DNA of 64,000 bases from Oscillospiraceae bacterium (GTDB lineage Bacteria > Bacillota > Clostridia > Oscillospirales > Ruminococcaceae): contig CAAGJI010000041.1 of the NCBI GenBank assembly GCA_900770195.1, positions 43,719 to 107,718 of the forward strand. The letters are read 5' to 3'. Position numbers and translations under genes: made by a program. Shown here piece after piece: positions 8,044 to 20,003 of this stretch. The notes beneath the pieces were generated by a model that ran no database searches, was not told the origin of the DNA, and worked only from the letters and a program-made list of their open reading frames with translations. Positions within the stretch are counted from its first letter, which is position 1. The number at the start of each line of letters is the position of its first letter.

Positions 8044-10140
8044 ATGAAATTCAAAATTGTATATGATAAACCGGGAAGAATACGTTTAAGATGCGGTGCA
8101 TATGCATTTGAAAAAGAATATGAAGAATCGCTTTACAACGAGATTGTTAAAAATGAATTTGTATCTGATGCAGAAATTCACTATGAAAACGGCGGTATTC
8201 TCGTCACATACAAAAAAGGACACAGAACAGATGTTTTAACATCTGTTCTTAATATAAATAAGGCATCTCTTAAAAAGTCGGATAATTCTGAATATTCTGT
8301 AAAGAAGATTGACAATAATTTTAAATCAGACATTGGAAAACTTATTGTAAAACGCTGTATTATGAAAGCGATTATTCCTGTTCCTGTTGCTAATGTGATA
8401 ACAGTTATAAAGGGAATAAAATATATTAAAAAAGCGTTGAAAAATCTTCTTGATTTCAAACTTAATGTTGAAGTCCTTGACGGTGCTTCAATATTTGCCT
8501 GCATTGCACAGAAAAACTATAATACAGCCGGTTCGGTTATGTTCCTGCTTTCAATATCTTCCCTTCTTGAAGATTACACACACTCAAGAACAAGAGCTGC
8601 ACTGACTGACAGCCTTGCAATAAAAACTGACAAAGTATGGCTTGTAACTGATGATAACACAGATGTTTTAATCCCTATGGATGACCTTAAAGTCGGAGAT
8701 AAAATACATGTAAGAACCGGTTCTGTTATTCCTGTTGACGGAGTTGTCGAAAGCGGTGAAGCATTTGTAAATGAATCATCTATGACAGGCGAATCTGCTT
8801 CTGTTATGAAGAAAAACGGTTCTTTTGTTTTTGCCGGCACTGTTATTGAAGAGGGTTCTGTCGTTATTGAAGTAAAAAAACTTTCTTCGGATACAAAAAT
8901 CAGCAAAATAATAAAGCTTATTGACAATTCTGAAAACCTTAAAGCAGGCGTTCAGAGTAAAGCTGAAAGACTTGCAGACAGAATCGTTCCGCTTAGTTTT
9001 ATAGCTTTTCTTTCAACACTTGTATTTACAAGAAATGTAACTAAGGCTGTTTCTTTGCTTATGGTTGACTATTCCTGTGCAATAAAGCTTTCAACACCTA
9101 TTGCCGTTATTTCTGCTATAAAAGAAGCCGCTGATATGGATATAACAGTCAAAGGCGGAAAATATCTTGAAGCATATGCAGAGGCTGACGCTATTGTGTT
9201 TGATAAAACAGGCACTTTAACAAATGCAGAACCTGCACTTGAAAAAGTAATTCCGTTTAACGGATATTCAGAAGAAGAGGTTCTGAAAATTGCAGCGTGC
9301 CTTGAAGAACATTTCCCTCACAGCGTTGCAAAGGCAATTGTCAAAACTGCCGCAGAACGTGGTATTGACCACGCAGAAGAACACGCCGAAGTCAGGTACA
9401 TTGTTGCACACGGAATTGCTTCAGACCTTAACGGACAGCGTGCAATTATAGGAAGCAGGCATTTTGTTTGCGATGATGAAGGCGTTATTATTTCTGATGA
9501 TGAACAGAACAAAATTGACAGTGAATCAGGTGCTTCATCAGTTATATATCTTGCAATAGGTGAAAAACTTTCAGGTGTTTTGTGCATAACTGACCCGCCT
9601 CGTGCAGAAGCAAAATCTGTTATATATGAATTAAAAAAGAGCGGAATAAAGAACATTACAATGCTTACAGGCGACAGCGAAGGTGCTGCAAAGATAACTG
9701 CTGACAAACTTGGAATTGACAGGTTTACGGCACAGGTTTTGCCTGAAGATAAACATAAATATGTTGAAAAGCTGAAAGAAGATGGTTATAAAGTTATTAT
9801 GATTGGTGACGGTATAAATGATGCTCCTGCACTTGCAGCAGCTGATGTTTCAGTTGCAATGAGTGATGCATCTGATATTGCCAAAGAAACCGCAGATATA
9901 ACGCTTATTTCCTCTGATTTAAATGACCTTATAAAACTTCGCAATTTAAGCACAAAACTTATGAAGAGAATAAGCCGAAATTACAGGTTTATAATTTCAT
10001 TTAATACTGCTCTTCTTGTACTTGGATTTATTGGTACAATAACTCCATCAGCTTCCGCACTTCTCCACAACACTTCAACAATGGCGATATGTGCAAAGAG
10101 TATGACAAAGCTTGATAAAAAAGACAAAAAACAAAAATAA
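8044..10140 (+). CDS. P1B-type (heavy-metal-like) P-type ATPase, atypical (SCA instead of CPC)
   Basis: DKTGTLT phosphorylation motif, GDGINDAP, and the TGES-like segment SMTGESAS. The TM6 metal motif reads YSCAIKLSTP rather than CPC. There is no N-terminal CxxC metal-binding domain. Confidence 0.85.
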   Translation: MKFKIVYDKPGRIRLRCGAYAFEKEYEESLYNEIVKNEFVSDAEIHYENGGILVTYKKGHRTDVLTSVLNINKASLKKSDNSEYSVKKIDNNFKSDIGKLIVKRCIMKAIIPVPVANVITVIKGIKYIKKALKNLLDFKLNVEVLDGASIFACIAQKNYNTAGSVMFLLSISSLLEDYTHSRTRAALTDSLAIKTDKVWLVTDDNTDVLIPMDDLKVGDKIHVRTGSVIPVDGVVESGEAFVNESSMTGESASVMKKNGSFVFAGTVIEEGSVVIEVKKLSSDTKISKIIKLIDNSENLKAGVQSKAERLADRIVPLSFIAFLSTLVFTRNVTKAVSLLMVDYSCAIKLSTPIAVISAIKEAADMDITVKGGKYLEAYAEADAIVFDKTGTLTNAEPALEKVIPFNGYSEEEVLKIAACLEEHFPHSVAKAIVKTAAERGIDHAEEHAEVRYIVAHGIASDLNGQRAIIGSRHFVCDDEGVIISDDEQNKIDSESGASSVIYLAIGEKLSGVLCITDPPRAEAKSVIYELKKSGIKNITMLTGDSEGAAKITADKLGIDRFTAQVLPEDKHKYVEKLKEDGYKVIMIGDGINDAPALAAADVSVAMSDASDIAKETADITLISSDLNDLIKLRNLSTKLMKRISRNYRFIISFNTALLVLGFIGTITPSASALLHNTSTMAICAKSMTKLDKKDKKQK

Positions 10141-10147
10141 ATTTTAA

Positions 10148-10181
10148 AAAGCAGCAGATTTATTCTGCTGCTTTTTTATTG
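10148..10181 (+). terminator. Rho-independent terminator after the ATPase
   Basis: Stem aagcagcag / ctgctgctt followed by TTTTATT. Confidence 0.6.
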
Positions 10182-10296
10182 GAATTAATTAGCATATGAT
10201 AACAGATTTAATTAAAATTTTTATGTATAAAAATCATAATACAAGTTCATAATATAAATATTAAATATGCAATATCACTATTTTTAAATTTTATTA

Positions 10297-10325
10297 TTGA
10301 CATATAGAGCAGAAAATGGTAATAT
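10297..10325 (+). promoter_or_regulatory. Promoter for eno
   Basis: TTGACA, a 17-bp spacer, then TGG-TAATAT (extended -10). Confidence 0.5.
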
Positions 10326-10347
10326 ATATTCAGTTAGATAAAGCTAA

Positions 10348-11757
<1,410 letters not shown>

Positions 11758-11774
11758 CGCTCCTATAAACAGCA

Positions 11775-11812
11775 AACGGCACTTGAAATTTTTTCAGGTG
11801 CCGTTTTATTTT
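11775..11812 (+). terminator. Terminator after eno
   Basis: Stem aacggcac / gtgccgtt followed by TTATTTTT. Confidence 0.45.
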
Positions 11813-13005
11813 TAAAAAGATTTTTTTATTTCATCAAGAATACAGTTTGCCGCATCAAATTTACTCATTACAGGCAGTTCATTTACTGAATCCTTTTTTA
11901 TAAGAGTAATAATATTTGTATCAGTTCCAAATCCTGCACCCTTTTGTTTAAGGCTGTTTGCAGCTATCATATCAGCATTTTTTGAAACAAGTTTCTTCTT
12001 TGAGTTTTCTATAACATTTTGTGTTTCCATAGAAAAACCGCATATAAACTGATTTTCTCTTTTGTGTTCACCAAGATATTTTAAAATATCTTTTGTTTTT
12101 TTAAGAGTTATAGTACTTAATTCCGAATCGCCTTTTTTTATTTTTTCGTCATATGTTTTTTCAGGTGTAAAATCTGCAACAGCAGCAGCTTTTATAATAA
12201 TATCGCTCTCCTGCTGTCTTTTTGTCACTTCATCAAACATATCTTCCGCCGATTCTGCTTTTACAACATTAATAAACGGCGGTATTTCCGCTGAAATACT
12301 TCCTGCAACAAGAGTGACTTCCGCTCCCCTCAGCATTGCAGCTTTCGCAATTGCACAACCCATTTTACCTGTTGAATGATTTGTTATATATCTTACAGGG
12401 TCGATTTTTTCAATCGTCGCACCTGCTGTTACAAGAATTTTTTTTCCTGCAAAATCCTTTTCAAAAGCAATTTCTTTCAAAACATAATCAACAAGTGTTT
12501 CTTCCGACGGCATTCTTCCATCGCCGATATTTCCATTTGCAAGCATTCCCTTTTCAGGCGGAATTATTACATAACCAAACTTTTCAAGTTTTTTCAAATT
12601 ATCCTGAACAATAGGATTATGATACATATAATGATTCATTGCAGGTGCTATTATTTTTTTGCATGGTGCAGCCATAACAGTTGTTGTAAGCATATCATCT
12701 GCGATACCTGATGCAAGCTTTCCGATTACATTTGCACTTGCAGGTGCAATCAAAACAACATTTGCCTTTTGTGCTGCTGAAACGTGTTCAACGCTGTATT
12801 CAAAATTTCTGTCGAATGTATCAATCAGACATTTATGTTTTGACAATGTTTCAAGCGTAAGAGGATGAATAAAATTCTCTGAATTTTTAGTCATCATAAT
12901 CTGAACATCAGCACCAAGTTTCATAAGCATTCTCGTTACATTAGCCATTTTATAAGCGGCTATACTTCCCGTTATACCTATTAAAATATTTTTACCTTCA
13001 AGCAT
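11812..13005 (-). CDS. coaBC: Bifunctional phosphopantothenoylcysteine decarboxylase / phosphopantothenate-cysteine ligase
   Basis: Flavoprotein N-terminal domain (ILIGITGSIAAYK) and a CoaB C-terminal domain. The start overlaps the upstream gene's stop. Confidence 0.9.
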   Translation of the reverse strand: MLEGKNILIGITGSIAAYKMANVTRMLMKLGADVQIMMTKNSENFIHPLTLETLSKHKCLIDTFDRNFEYSVEHVSAAQKANVVLIAPASANVIGKLASGIADDMLTTTVMAAPCKKIIAPAMNHYMYHNPIVQDNLKKLEKFGYVIIPPEKGMLANGNIGDGRMPSEETLVDYVLKEIAFEKDFAGKKILVTAGATIEKIDPVRYITNHSTGKMGCAIAKAAMLRGAEVTLVAGSISAEIPPFINVVKAESAEDMFDEVTKRQQESDIIIKAAAVADFTPEKTYDEKIKKGDSELSTITLKKTKDILKYLGEHKRENQFICGFSMETQNVIENSKKKLVSKNADMIAANSLKQKGAGFGTDTNIITLIKKDSVNELPVMSKFDAANCILDEIKKSF

Positions 13006-15649
13006 TCTGGTCGTTATCCTTTTTTCTGAAAATTCTCTTGATTAATTTTACTATTTCAACTATCGGAATTATTAAAATAGCAATTCCAAGTGCAATAAGA
13101 TATTCTTTAAAGTCAATTGAAGTAAATCCGAAAGCATTTTTAAGGAATGGGATATAGATAACAGATGTTGTTAAAGCAAGTGCCGCTAAAGCTGAACCCC
13201 AAAGCCACATATTCTGCTTTTTAATTTTAAATATCGAACCCTTTCTTGACCTTACATTGAATGACTGGAATATTTCTGCCATTGACATTGTTAAAAATGC
13301 CATTGTCATACCATCATTTGAATTTACAATTTCAAATTTACCTGCCTCAACAAAATGACCTATGAAATATGCAGCAAGTGTCAAAACCGCAACTGTAATA
13401 CCCTGATACAAAATATCAAAACCTGTACCGCCTGAGAAAATACCAGCTTTTGAATCACGTGGTTTTTGTTTCATTGCGTTTTCATCGCCATATTCCATAC
13501 CCAGAGCAAGTGCAGGGAGGCTGTCTGTTATAAGATTTATCCAAAGCATATGAACAGGTTTCAAAAGCGTGAATCCCATCATTGTTGCAGCGAAAATGCC
13601 TAAAACTTCACTAAGATTTGATGAAAGAAGGAACTGAATTGTTCTTTGGATATTCGCATATATCTTTCTGCCTTCTTCGACAGAGGCAACAATTGTTGCA
13701 AAATTATCATCTGCAAGAATCATATCAGCAACATTTTTTGTAACATCAGTACCTGTTATACCCATTCCGATACCAATGTCAGCCGTCTTTATACTCGGTG
13801 CATCGTTTACACCATCACCTGTCATTGCTGTTACTTTTCCACGTTTTTTCCACGCTTTAACAATTCTTACCTTGTGTTCAGGTTTAACTCTTGCATAAAC
13901 TCTGTATTTATCAATATTTTTTTCAAGTTCTTCATCAGACATATCATTTAAAATGCTTCCCATAACAGCCTGTGAAGGGTCTTCAAGAATACCGAGTTCC
14001 TTTGCAATTGCCGCCGCTGTGTCAACATGGTCGCCTGTTATCATAATGACTTTTATTCCTGCATCGTGACACTTTTCAATTGCCGCTTTAACTTCAGGAC
14101 GTACAGGGTCTATCATACCATATAAACCTGCAAAAATCATATCTTTTTCAAGAGATTCGGGTTCGCAGTTATCAGGAACTTTATCGTATTTTCTGTAAGC
14201 TGCCGCAAGAACACGAAGTGCCTTGTCTGCCATTTGTTTATTTGATTTTCTTATATCTTCAAGATGTTTTTCTGTAATTGGTTCAACGCCGTTTTCAGTT
14301 AAAATATAAGAACATCTTGCAAGAATTTCATCAGGTGCACCCTTTGTATATTGAACAATTCCGTCAGAACCACTGTGAATTGTTGTCATCATTTTCCTCA
14401 TTGAGTCAAATGGTGCTTCTGCTTTTCTGGGATATTTTTCTTTCAGTTCGTTTTTATTATATCCGTTTTTAAAAGCATATTCAACAAGTGCATTTTCAGT
14501 AGGTTCTCCGACTGCTTTTCCTGCTGATTCATCATATTCAGCATCACAGCATAAAGCCATTGCTTTTATAAGTGTATCTTTGTTAAAACCATATGTTTCA
14601 ACAACTGTCATCTTATTCTGAGTCAGTGTACCTGTTTTATCGCTGCATATTATCTGTGCACAACCAAGTGTTTCAACTGCTGTAAGCTTTCTTATGACCG
14701 CATTGCGTTTTGACATCTTAGTTACGCCTATCGAAAGAACAATCGTTACAACAGCCGCCAGTCCTTCAGGAATAGCCGCAACTGCAAGACTTATTGCAAG
14801 CATAAATGTATTAATAACAACAGACGGAGAAATTTCCCCTGCCTTTATTATTCCCACAGCAAAAATAACAACACATATTATAAGTACAATCCATGTAAGG
14901 ACTTTTGAAAGACCTGCAAGTTTTACCTGCAAAGGAGTTTTTTCATCTTTTGCATCAGATAAAGCACCTGCAATTTTACCCATTTCTGTGTTCATTCCTG
15001 TTTCGCAGACAATTGCAGTACATCTTCCGTATGCACATGAACTTCCCATATAAATCATATTTTTACGGTCGCCAAGTGCTATTTCAGATTTTTCTTCAAC
15101 AAGATTTTCATTATTTTTTTCAACAGGAACAGATTCTCCCGTAAGTGCTGATTCTTCCATTTTCAAAGATGCAGATTCAATAATTCTTGCATCGGCAGGC
15201 ACTGAATCCCCTGCTTCAATTGAAATAATATCACCCGGAACAATATCTTCACTTTTTATTACCGCAAGTTTTCCGTCACGCAAAACTTTTGAAGTTGCAG
15301 CTGTCATATTTTTAAGTGCATTTATGGCTTCTTCCGCTTTGCTTTCCTGAACTACTCCAAGAACGGAATTAAGCACAACAACAAACAAAATTATAAATAC
15401 ATCTGCAAAAGATTCATGCGAATATATCGATGTTACCGCTGACAAAACAGCCGCCGCAAGCAAAACTATTATCATCGGATCGGCTATCTGCTTTAAAAAT
15501 CTTGAAAATAAACTTACTTTTTTTGCTGATTTAAGTTTATTTGCACCATATTTTTCAAGTCTTTTTACGGCTTCATCTGTAGTTATTCCGTTTGCAGATG
15601 ATTTCAGTTCACTTTCAATCTCTTCAGGTGTTTTAAGATAAAATTTCAT
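12998..15649 (-). CDS. Ca2+-transporting P-type ATPase (P2A/PMCA-SERCA-like)
   Basis: DKTGTLTQN, TGDGVNDAPS and a 10-TM architecture. 883 aa. Confidence 0.9.
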   Translation of the reverse strand: MKFYLKTPEEIESELKSSANGITTDEAVKRLEKYGANKLKSAKKVSLFSRFLKQIADPMIIVLLAAAVLSAVTSIYSHESFADVFIILFVVVLNSVLGVVQESKAEEAINALKNMTAATSKVLRDGKLAVIKSEDIVPGDIISIEAGDSVPADARIIESASLKMEESALTGESVPVEKNNENLVEEKSEIALGDRKNMIYMGSSCAYGRCTAIVCETGMNTEMGKIAGALSDAKDEKTPLQVKLAGLSKVLTWIVLIICVVIFAVGIIKAGEISPSVVINTFMLAISLAVAAIPEGLAAVVTIVLSIGVTKMSKRNAVIRKLTAVETLGCAQIICSDKTGTLTQNKMTVVETYGFNKDTLIKAMALCCDAEYDESAGKAVGEPTENALVEYAFKNGYNKNELKEKYPRKAEAPFDSMRKMMTTIHSGSDGIVQYTKGAPDEILARCSYILTENGVEPITEKHLEDIRKSNKQMADKALRVLAAAYRKYDKVPDNCEPESLEKDMIFAGLYGMIDPVRPEVKAAIEKCHDAGIKVIMITGDHVDTAAAIAKELGILEDPSQAVMGSILNDMSDEELEKNIDKYRVYARVKPEHKVRIVKAWKKRGKVTAMTGDGVNDAPSIKTADIGIGMGITGTDVTKNVADMILADDNFATIVASVEEGRKIYANIQRTIQFLLSSNLSEVLGIFAATMMGFTLLKPVHMLWINLITDSLPALALGMEYGDENAMKQKPRDSKAGIFSGGTGFDILYQGITVAVLTLAAYFIGHFVEAGKFEIVNSNDGMTMAFLTMSMAEIFQSFNVRSRKGSIFKIKKQNMWLWGSALAALALTTSVIYIPFLKNAFGFTSIDFKEYLIALGIAILIIPIVEIVKLIKRIFRKKDNDQNA

Positions 15650-15666
15650 ATCATTCTCCTTATCAT

Positions 15667-16794
15667 TTATACTTTAGAGTCAATTCCATTTATTTTTATT
15701 GTCGGATCATCAAGGTCAATAAGCAGGTATCTTCTTCCTTCTTCATTTCTTGTTCTTACTTTGCTTACTGCATTTTTACCAACGTTTATTGTTATTCCGT
15801 CAGCCGCAAGCTGCATTTTATTTTCAAGCAGATTTACAGCAGGCAGATTTTCTTCACCAACAACTGTTTTATATGCTGAACGTATTGATTCTTCCTTTTC
15901 TTCCTCAACTCCCGAATCAATTAAAATATTGCAAACATCATCTTCATTGAGTGTAGGAATATCAAAATCATTTTTTGTTGAATCAACTATATCTCTGATT
16001 TTTTCATTTACATTCGATAAGAACTGATAATCAAGATTTTCACCGGCAACTGCTTCAATAATATCATGAAAAGCAATTTTCTGGTCAACTGCTGTACTTG
16101 TAAACTGACAGCCTAAAATTTCTTCAACAACTGAAATATTCGGCTTTTTAACATTTTTTGTATAATAAAGAACGTGGTTTACATCAGGACCTCTGCCTGT
16201 AAAAGTAGGATACATAAAAGCGTCCTGCGGTTTTGGTGAAACAATTCTGTCAAAATCGTGTTTCTTAACAATCGCATTTTCTTCTTCATCATAAATTAAA
16301 CCGTCAATGCGTATTTCAACAGGACAAAGACAAACATTCATAAATGAAAAATCAAAATTATTGTATGGGTCTTCTTCCTCCGCCTTTGTTTTTTTGAAAA
16401 CAGTATAGCTTGAATGTGTTATATATATCGCATATGTAGAAGAATATGTAAGGTTTGAAACTATATGTTCAAGCAATTTATCAACCGCTTCTTCATCTTT
16501 TAATTTTGATTTATAAGCATTATATATAATTTCATGCTGTTTTCCATCCTCATAGGCTTCCTTTGGAAATTCATATTCCACAAGACCTTTTCCGAGAGTT
16601 CCGCTTAAACCTGCTGTAACAGTATCTAAAATGCATTCAAGTTCTTCATCAGGTATTTCAGTAAATGACCTGTTTGTTTTGCATTTAATCTGTTTTTCAG
16701 CATCAACAAAAGCCACAACAACATTATTCACAACAAATAAATCGTTGTTTACGCTTATGTTCTTTTTAATTTCTGATACTTCTTTTCTGTTCAT
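15667..16794 (-). CDS. Hypothetical protein (DUF4317-like, clostridial)
   Basis: Soluble 375-aa protein with no recognisable catalytic motif. It sits in the same operon as neighbouring housekeeping genes. Confidence 0.5.
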   Translation of the reverse strand: MNRKEVSEIKKNISVNNDLFVVNNVVVAFVDAEKQIKCKTNRSFTEIPDEELECILDTVTAGLSGTLGKGLVEYEFPKEAYEDGKQHEIIYNAYKSKLKDEEAVDKLLEHIVSNLTYSSTYAIYITHSSYTVFKKTKAEEEDPYNNFDFSFMNVCLCPVEIRIDGLIYDEEENAIVKKHDFDRIVSPKPQDAFMYPTFTGRGPDVNHVLYYTKNVKKPNISVVEEILGCQFTSTAVDQKIAFHDIIEAVAGENLDYQFLSNVNEKIRDIVDSTKNDFDIPTLNEDDVCNILIDSGVEEEKEESIRSAYKTVVGEENLPAVNLLENKMQLAADGITINVGKNAVSKVRTRNEEGRRYLLIDLDDPTIKINGIDSKV

Positions 16795-16816
16795 TAAACA
16801 TTTTTCCCTTCTTTGC

Positions 16817-17911
16817 TTATATTCTTACATTATACTCCAAAAGAACATCGCCGTCAAGTGCTTTTATGTCAGGTTCAGAAAGTACATATGCTTCATACGG
16901 AAAATTAATACCCATTCCTCCTACTGGAGATTTTGCAGTTTTTCCGCCAAAAATCTTAGGCGCAATATACACCTGAACTTTATTTACAATTTTTTCTTCA
17001 AATGCTGATGCGTGAATTTCTCCTCCGCCCTCAATTAAAACACTGTCTATTTTCTTTTCTCCAAGATAATTCATAACAGATGAAAGCAAAATACGTCTGT
17101 TTTTTTCTTCTGCCTTAAATATTTCAACACCCTTTTCTTCAAGTGCTTTTATCTTTTCACTGTAATTTGAAAGAGTTGCAACTATAAGCGGGATTTCTTT
17201 TGCAGTTTTCACAAGTTCCGAATCAAGGGGTATTCTTAAATTGCTGTCGCAAACTACTCTCACAGGGTCAGAAGGGTTTTCACATCTGCAATTAAGCATA
17301 GGGTTATCATTTAAAACCGTTCCTATTCCAACAAGTATAGCAGCAACTTTTTTTCTTGTCTGATGTGTATGTTCTCTTGAAGCTTCATTTGAAATCCATT
17401 TTGATTTTCCCGTTGCTGTTGTAATTTTTCCGTCAGCAGTCATCGCATATTTTAATATAACATAAGGTTTTTTATGAGTTATATAATAGAAAAATATGTC
17501 GTTCAACTTGTCGCATTTTTCTTTCATAAAATGTGTAACGACTTCTATTCCGTTTTCACGAAGAATTTTTATTCCTTTTCCTGCAACAAGCGGATTAGGG
17601 TCATCTGAACCAACATAAACTTTTTTTATTCCCGAAGCAATAACTGCATCTGTACAAGGCGGATTTTTTCCGTAATGACAGCAAGGTTCAAGCGTCACAT
17701 ACATTTCAGCACCCTCAGGTGACTCTGTACAGTTTTTCAACGCATTCCTTTCAGCGTGAAGTGTACCATATTTCATATGATACCCCTCGCCTATTATTCT
17801 GCCGTTTTTAACAATAACCGCACCAACAAGCGGATTAGGATTTACAAATCCTGTTCCGAGTTTTGCAAGTTCAATTGCACGAAGCATATATCTCTGATTA
17901 TTTTCAGACAT
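16817..17911 (-). CDS. ribD: Riboflavin biosynthesis deaminase/reductase
   Basis: CMP/dCMP deaminase zinc motif (HAERNAL...EPCCHYGKNPPC) plus a C-terminal reductase domain. Confidence 0.9.
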   Translation of the reverse strand: MSENNQRYMLRAIELAKLGTGFVNPNPLVGAVIVKNGRIIGEGYHMKYGTLHAERNALKNCTESPEGAEMYVTLEPCCHYGKNPPCTDAVIASGIKKVYVGSDDPNPLVAGKGIKILRENGIEVVTHFMKEKCDKLNDIFFYYITHKKPYVILKYAMTADGKITTATGKSKWISNEASREHTHQTRKKVAAILVGIGTVLNDNPMLNCRCENPSDPVRVVCDSNLRIPLDSELVKTAKEIPLIVATLSNYSEKIKALEEKGVEIFKAEEKNRRILLSSVMNYLGEKKIDSVLIEGGGEIHASAFEEKIVNKVQVYIAPKIFGGKTAKSPVGGMGINFPYEAYVLSEPDIKALDGDVLLEYNVRI

Positions 17912-17915
17912 ATTA

Positions 17916-19499
17916 TCACCCTTTCAATTTATAAATTCCGTCAGCAATTTTTCTGAAAAGCGGTGCAGCATCTTTGTTTCCCGAGTCTGCATCTTCAACA
18001 AGAACAGTAACCGCATATTCAGGGTTATTTGCAGGAAAAAATCCTGTCAGCCAAGCATTATTCAGTTCTTTGCCATTCAAATCAAACCTACCTGTCTGTG
18101 CAGTTGATGTTTTTACTCCTGCTGATGTGTAAAAAGGCTTTGCCTTTGTTTCATCATTTTTATAAACAACATCTTTCATAAGACTTCTAAGATAAAGAGA
18201 TGTTTCTTTACTCATAACCTCAGCAGAAATATCTTTTTTTCGGTTTTTTATTGTCTTTCCGTCTGATGTGTAACCCTTTATTACTTTTGCAGCAGGCATA
18301 TTTCCGCCATTTGCAATTGCACAGGTAAACTGTGCAACTTGAAGAGGCGTTGCGGTAAGTTTTCCCTGACCAAATGAAAAATTAGCTTTTTCTCCGCTTT
18401 TTTCGATATCAGACAAAGATGGAAGTGTTCCGCTGTCTGATAAAATATCACCGCTTAAAACAATTTCTCTTCCAAATCCGAAACGCATTGCTGTTTTTAA
18501 AAAATAGTCTGAATCAATTCTTTTGCCAAGTTCTATAAAAAATGGATTACACGAATTAACAAGTGCCTTTGAAACGTCCTGTTTTCCGTGTCCGTCAAGA
18601 TTATGACAATGAAAATCCGAACCGTCTATTGTTATTTTGCCGTCGCATTCGTACATAAAATTTTTATCAGTTCCAAGTTCGTGTGCCGCAGCACAAGTTA
18701 CAAGTTTAAAAACAGAACCGACACTGTAAGCACACAATGCCCTGTTTAAAAGCGGGGAATCTTCATTTTTAAGTGCCTTGCTTATTTCAGACCTTTTATA
18801 TAACGGAAAACTTGCCATTGCAAGAATATCTCCGCTTTTTACGTCCATAACAACAGCTGCACCTTTTTTTACATTTCCGCAAACTTCTTCACATATTTTC
18901 TGAATATCCGAATCCAGCGTTAAAACAACTCCGCTTTCAACATTTTCATCTGAAACAGAAATATCCCTTCCTTTAAGAACTCCGCCCTGTGCATCAGATG
19001 AAAAAGTTATTTCAACATCTTTTCCATTTCCACGCAAAACAGGGTCGTATGTCTTTTCTATACCGCATACTCCACTGCCATCTGATGTGTAACCTGTTAT
19101 ATGAACAGCTAAATCATCATCTGAATATCTTAGAGGAATTTCAAAAACATAAATATCATCTGATTCAAAATTATTTTCAGTAACTTTGCAGACAAACGGT
19201 TTTCCCGTCTTTATATTTTCAGAAAATTTCTCTTTATCAACAACATATTTTCTTATTTTGCTGATACTTTCAGGATTCGGAATAACAACCGCCTTGTAAA
19301 CTTTTTTCCTGTTTACAAGAGGATTCATATTTTTATCATATATCATTCCGTCAATATGTCCTGCTGTGACTGTGTACTTTCCGTTTTCTGAAAAAACAGA
19401 CATATACTCTTTTGATGAAATAATAAAACATAATCTTATCATGCAAAGAAGAAACATAATTAAAATTAAAAATGAAACGAATGCAACACGTTTTTTCAT
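17916..19499 (-). CDS. Class B penicillin-binding protein (peptidoglycan D,D-transpeptidase)
   Basis: SVGSVFK (SxxK), SCN (SxN) and KTST(AQ) motifs. N-terminal TM anchor. The start is the ATG at 19499 with an AAAGGTGG RBS. Confidence 0.85.
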   Translation of the reverse strand: MKKRVAFVSFLILIMFLLCMIRLCFIISSKEYMSVFSENGKYTVTAGHIDGMIYDKNMNPLVNRKKVYKAVVIPNPESISKIRKYVVDKEKFSENIKTGKPFVCKVTENNFESDDIYVFEIPLRYSDDDLAVHITGYTSDGSGVCGIEKTYDPVLRGNGKDVEITFSSDAQGGVLKGRDISVSDENVESGVVLTLDSDIQKICEEVCGNVKKGAAVVMDVKSGDILAMASFPLYKRSEISKALKNEDSPLLNRALCAYSVGSVFKLVTCAAAHELGTDKNFMYECDGKITIDGSDFHCHNLDGHGKQDVSKALVNSCNPFFIELGKRIDSDYFLKTAMRFGFGREIVLSGDILSDSGTLPSLSDIEKSGEKANFSFGQGKLTATPLQVAQFTCAIANGGNMPAAKVIKGYTSDGKTIKNRKKDISAEVMSKETSLYLRSLMKDVVYKNDETKAKPFYTSAGVKTSTAQTGRFDLNGKELNNAWLTGFFPANNPEYAVTVLVEDADSGNKDAAPLFRKIADGIYKLKG

Positions 19500-19550
19500 A
19501 ACAGCCACCTTTTTCTACTTTATAATATGGCTATTATGTGCTTTTTTTCA

Positions 19551-19994
19551 TTATTTATCCGTATCAAGAATTATTGTAAACGGACCGTCATTGCAAAGTG
19601 ACACTTTCATATCCGCACCAAATATTCCATGTTCCACTTTTGTCTGCATTATTTCCTTTGATTTTTCAAGGAAATATTCATAAAGTTTTTCCGCTTCTTC
19701 GGGATTTTTTGCGTGAGTGAAACCGGGTCTGTTTTTTTTGCAGTCTGCATAAAGTGTAAATTGCGAAACAACAAGTATTTCACCCTTTACATCTGCAAGC
19801 GAAAGATTTGTTTTATCGTTTTCATCTGCAAAAATTCTCAGTTTGTTTATTTTATTTACAAGCCACAGAACATTTTCTTCTGTGTCATCTCTGCCTATTC
19901 CGAGAAAAACAAGAAGACCTTTTCCTATTTCACCTGTTATTTTTCCGTCAACTGAAACAGAAGCATTCAGAACTCTTTGTAATACTGCCCTCAT
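19551..19994 (-). CDS. dtd: D-aminoacyl-tRNA deacylase
   Basis: MRAVLQRV... N-terminus and the SQFTLY motif. 147 aa. Confidence 0.9.
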   Translation of the reverse strand: MRAVLQRVLNASVSVDGKITGEIGKGLLVFLGIGRDDTEENVLWLVNKINKLRIFADENDKTNLSLADVKGEILVVSQFTLYADCKKNRPGFTHAKNPEEAEKLYEYFLEKSKEIMQTKVEHGIFGADMKVSLCNDGPFTIILDTDK

Positions 19995-20003
19995 ATCTGC
20001 ACC

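Noticed and set aside
8181-9707. Antisense ORFs (107, 117, 129 aa) inside the P1B ATPase gene
   Set aside because: They are embedded antisense in a strongly supported CDS. They have low-complexity Ser/Ile-rich translations and no RBS.
12062-15144. Several 60-120 aa ORFs inside or antisense to coaBC and the Ca-ATPase
   Set aside because: They are frame-shadow ORFs within confidently assigned genes.
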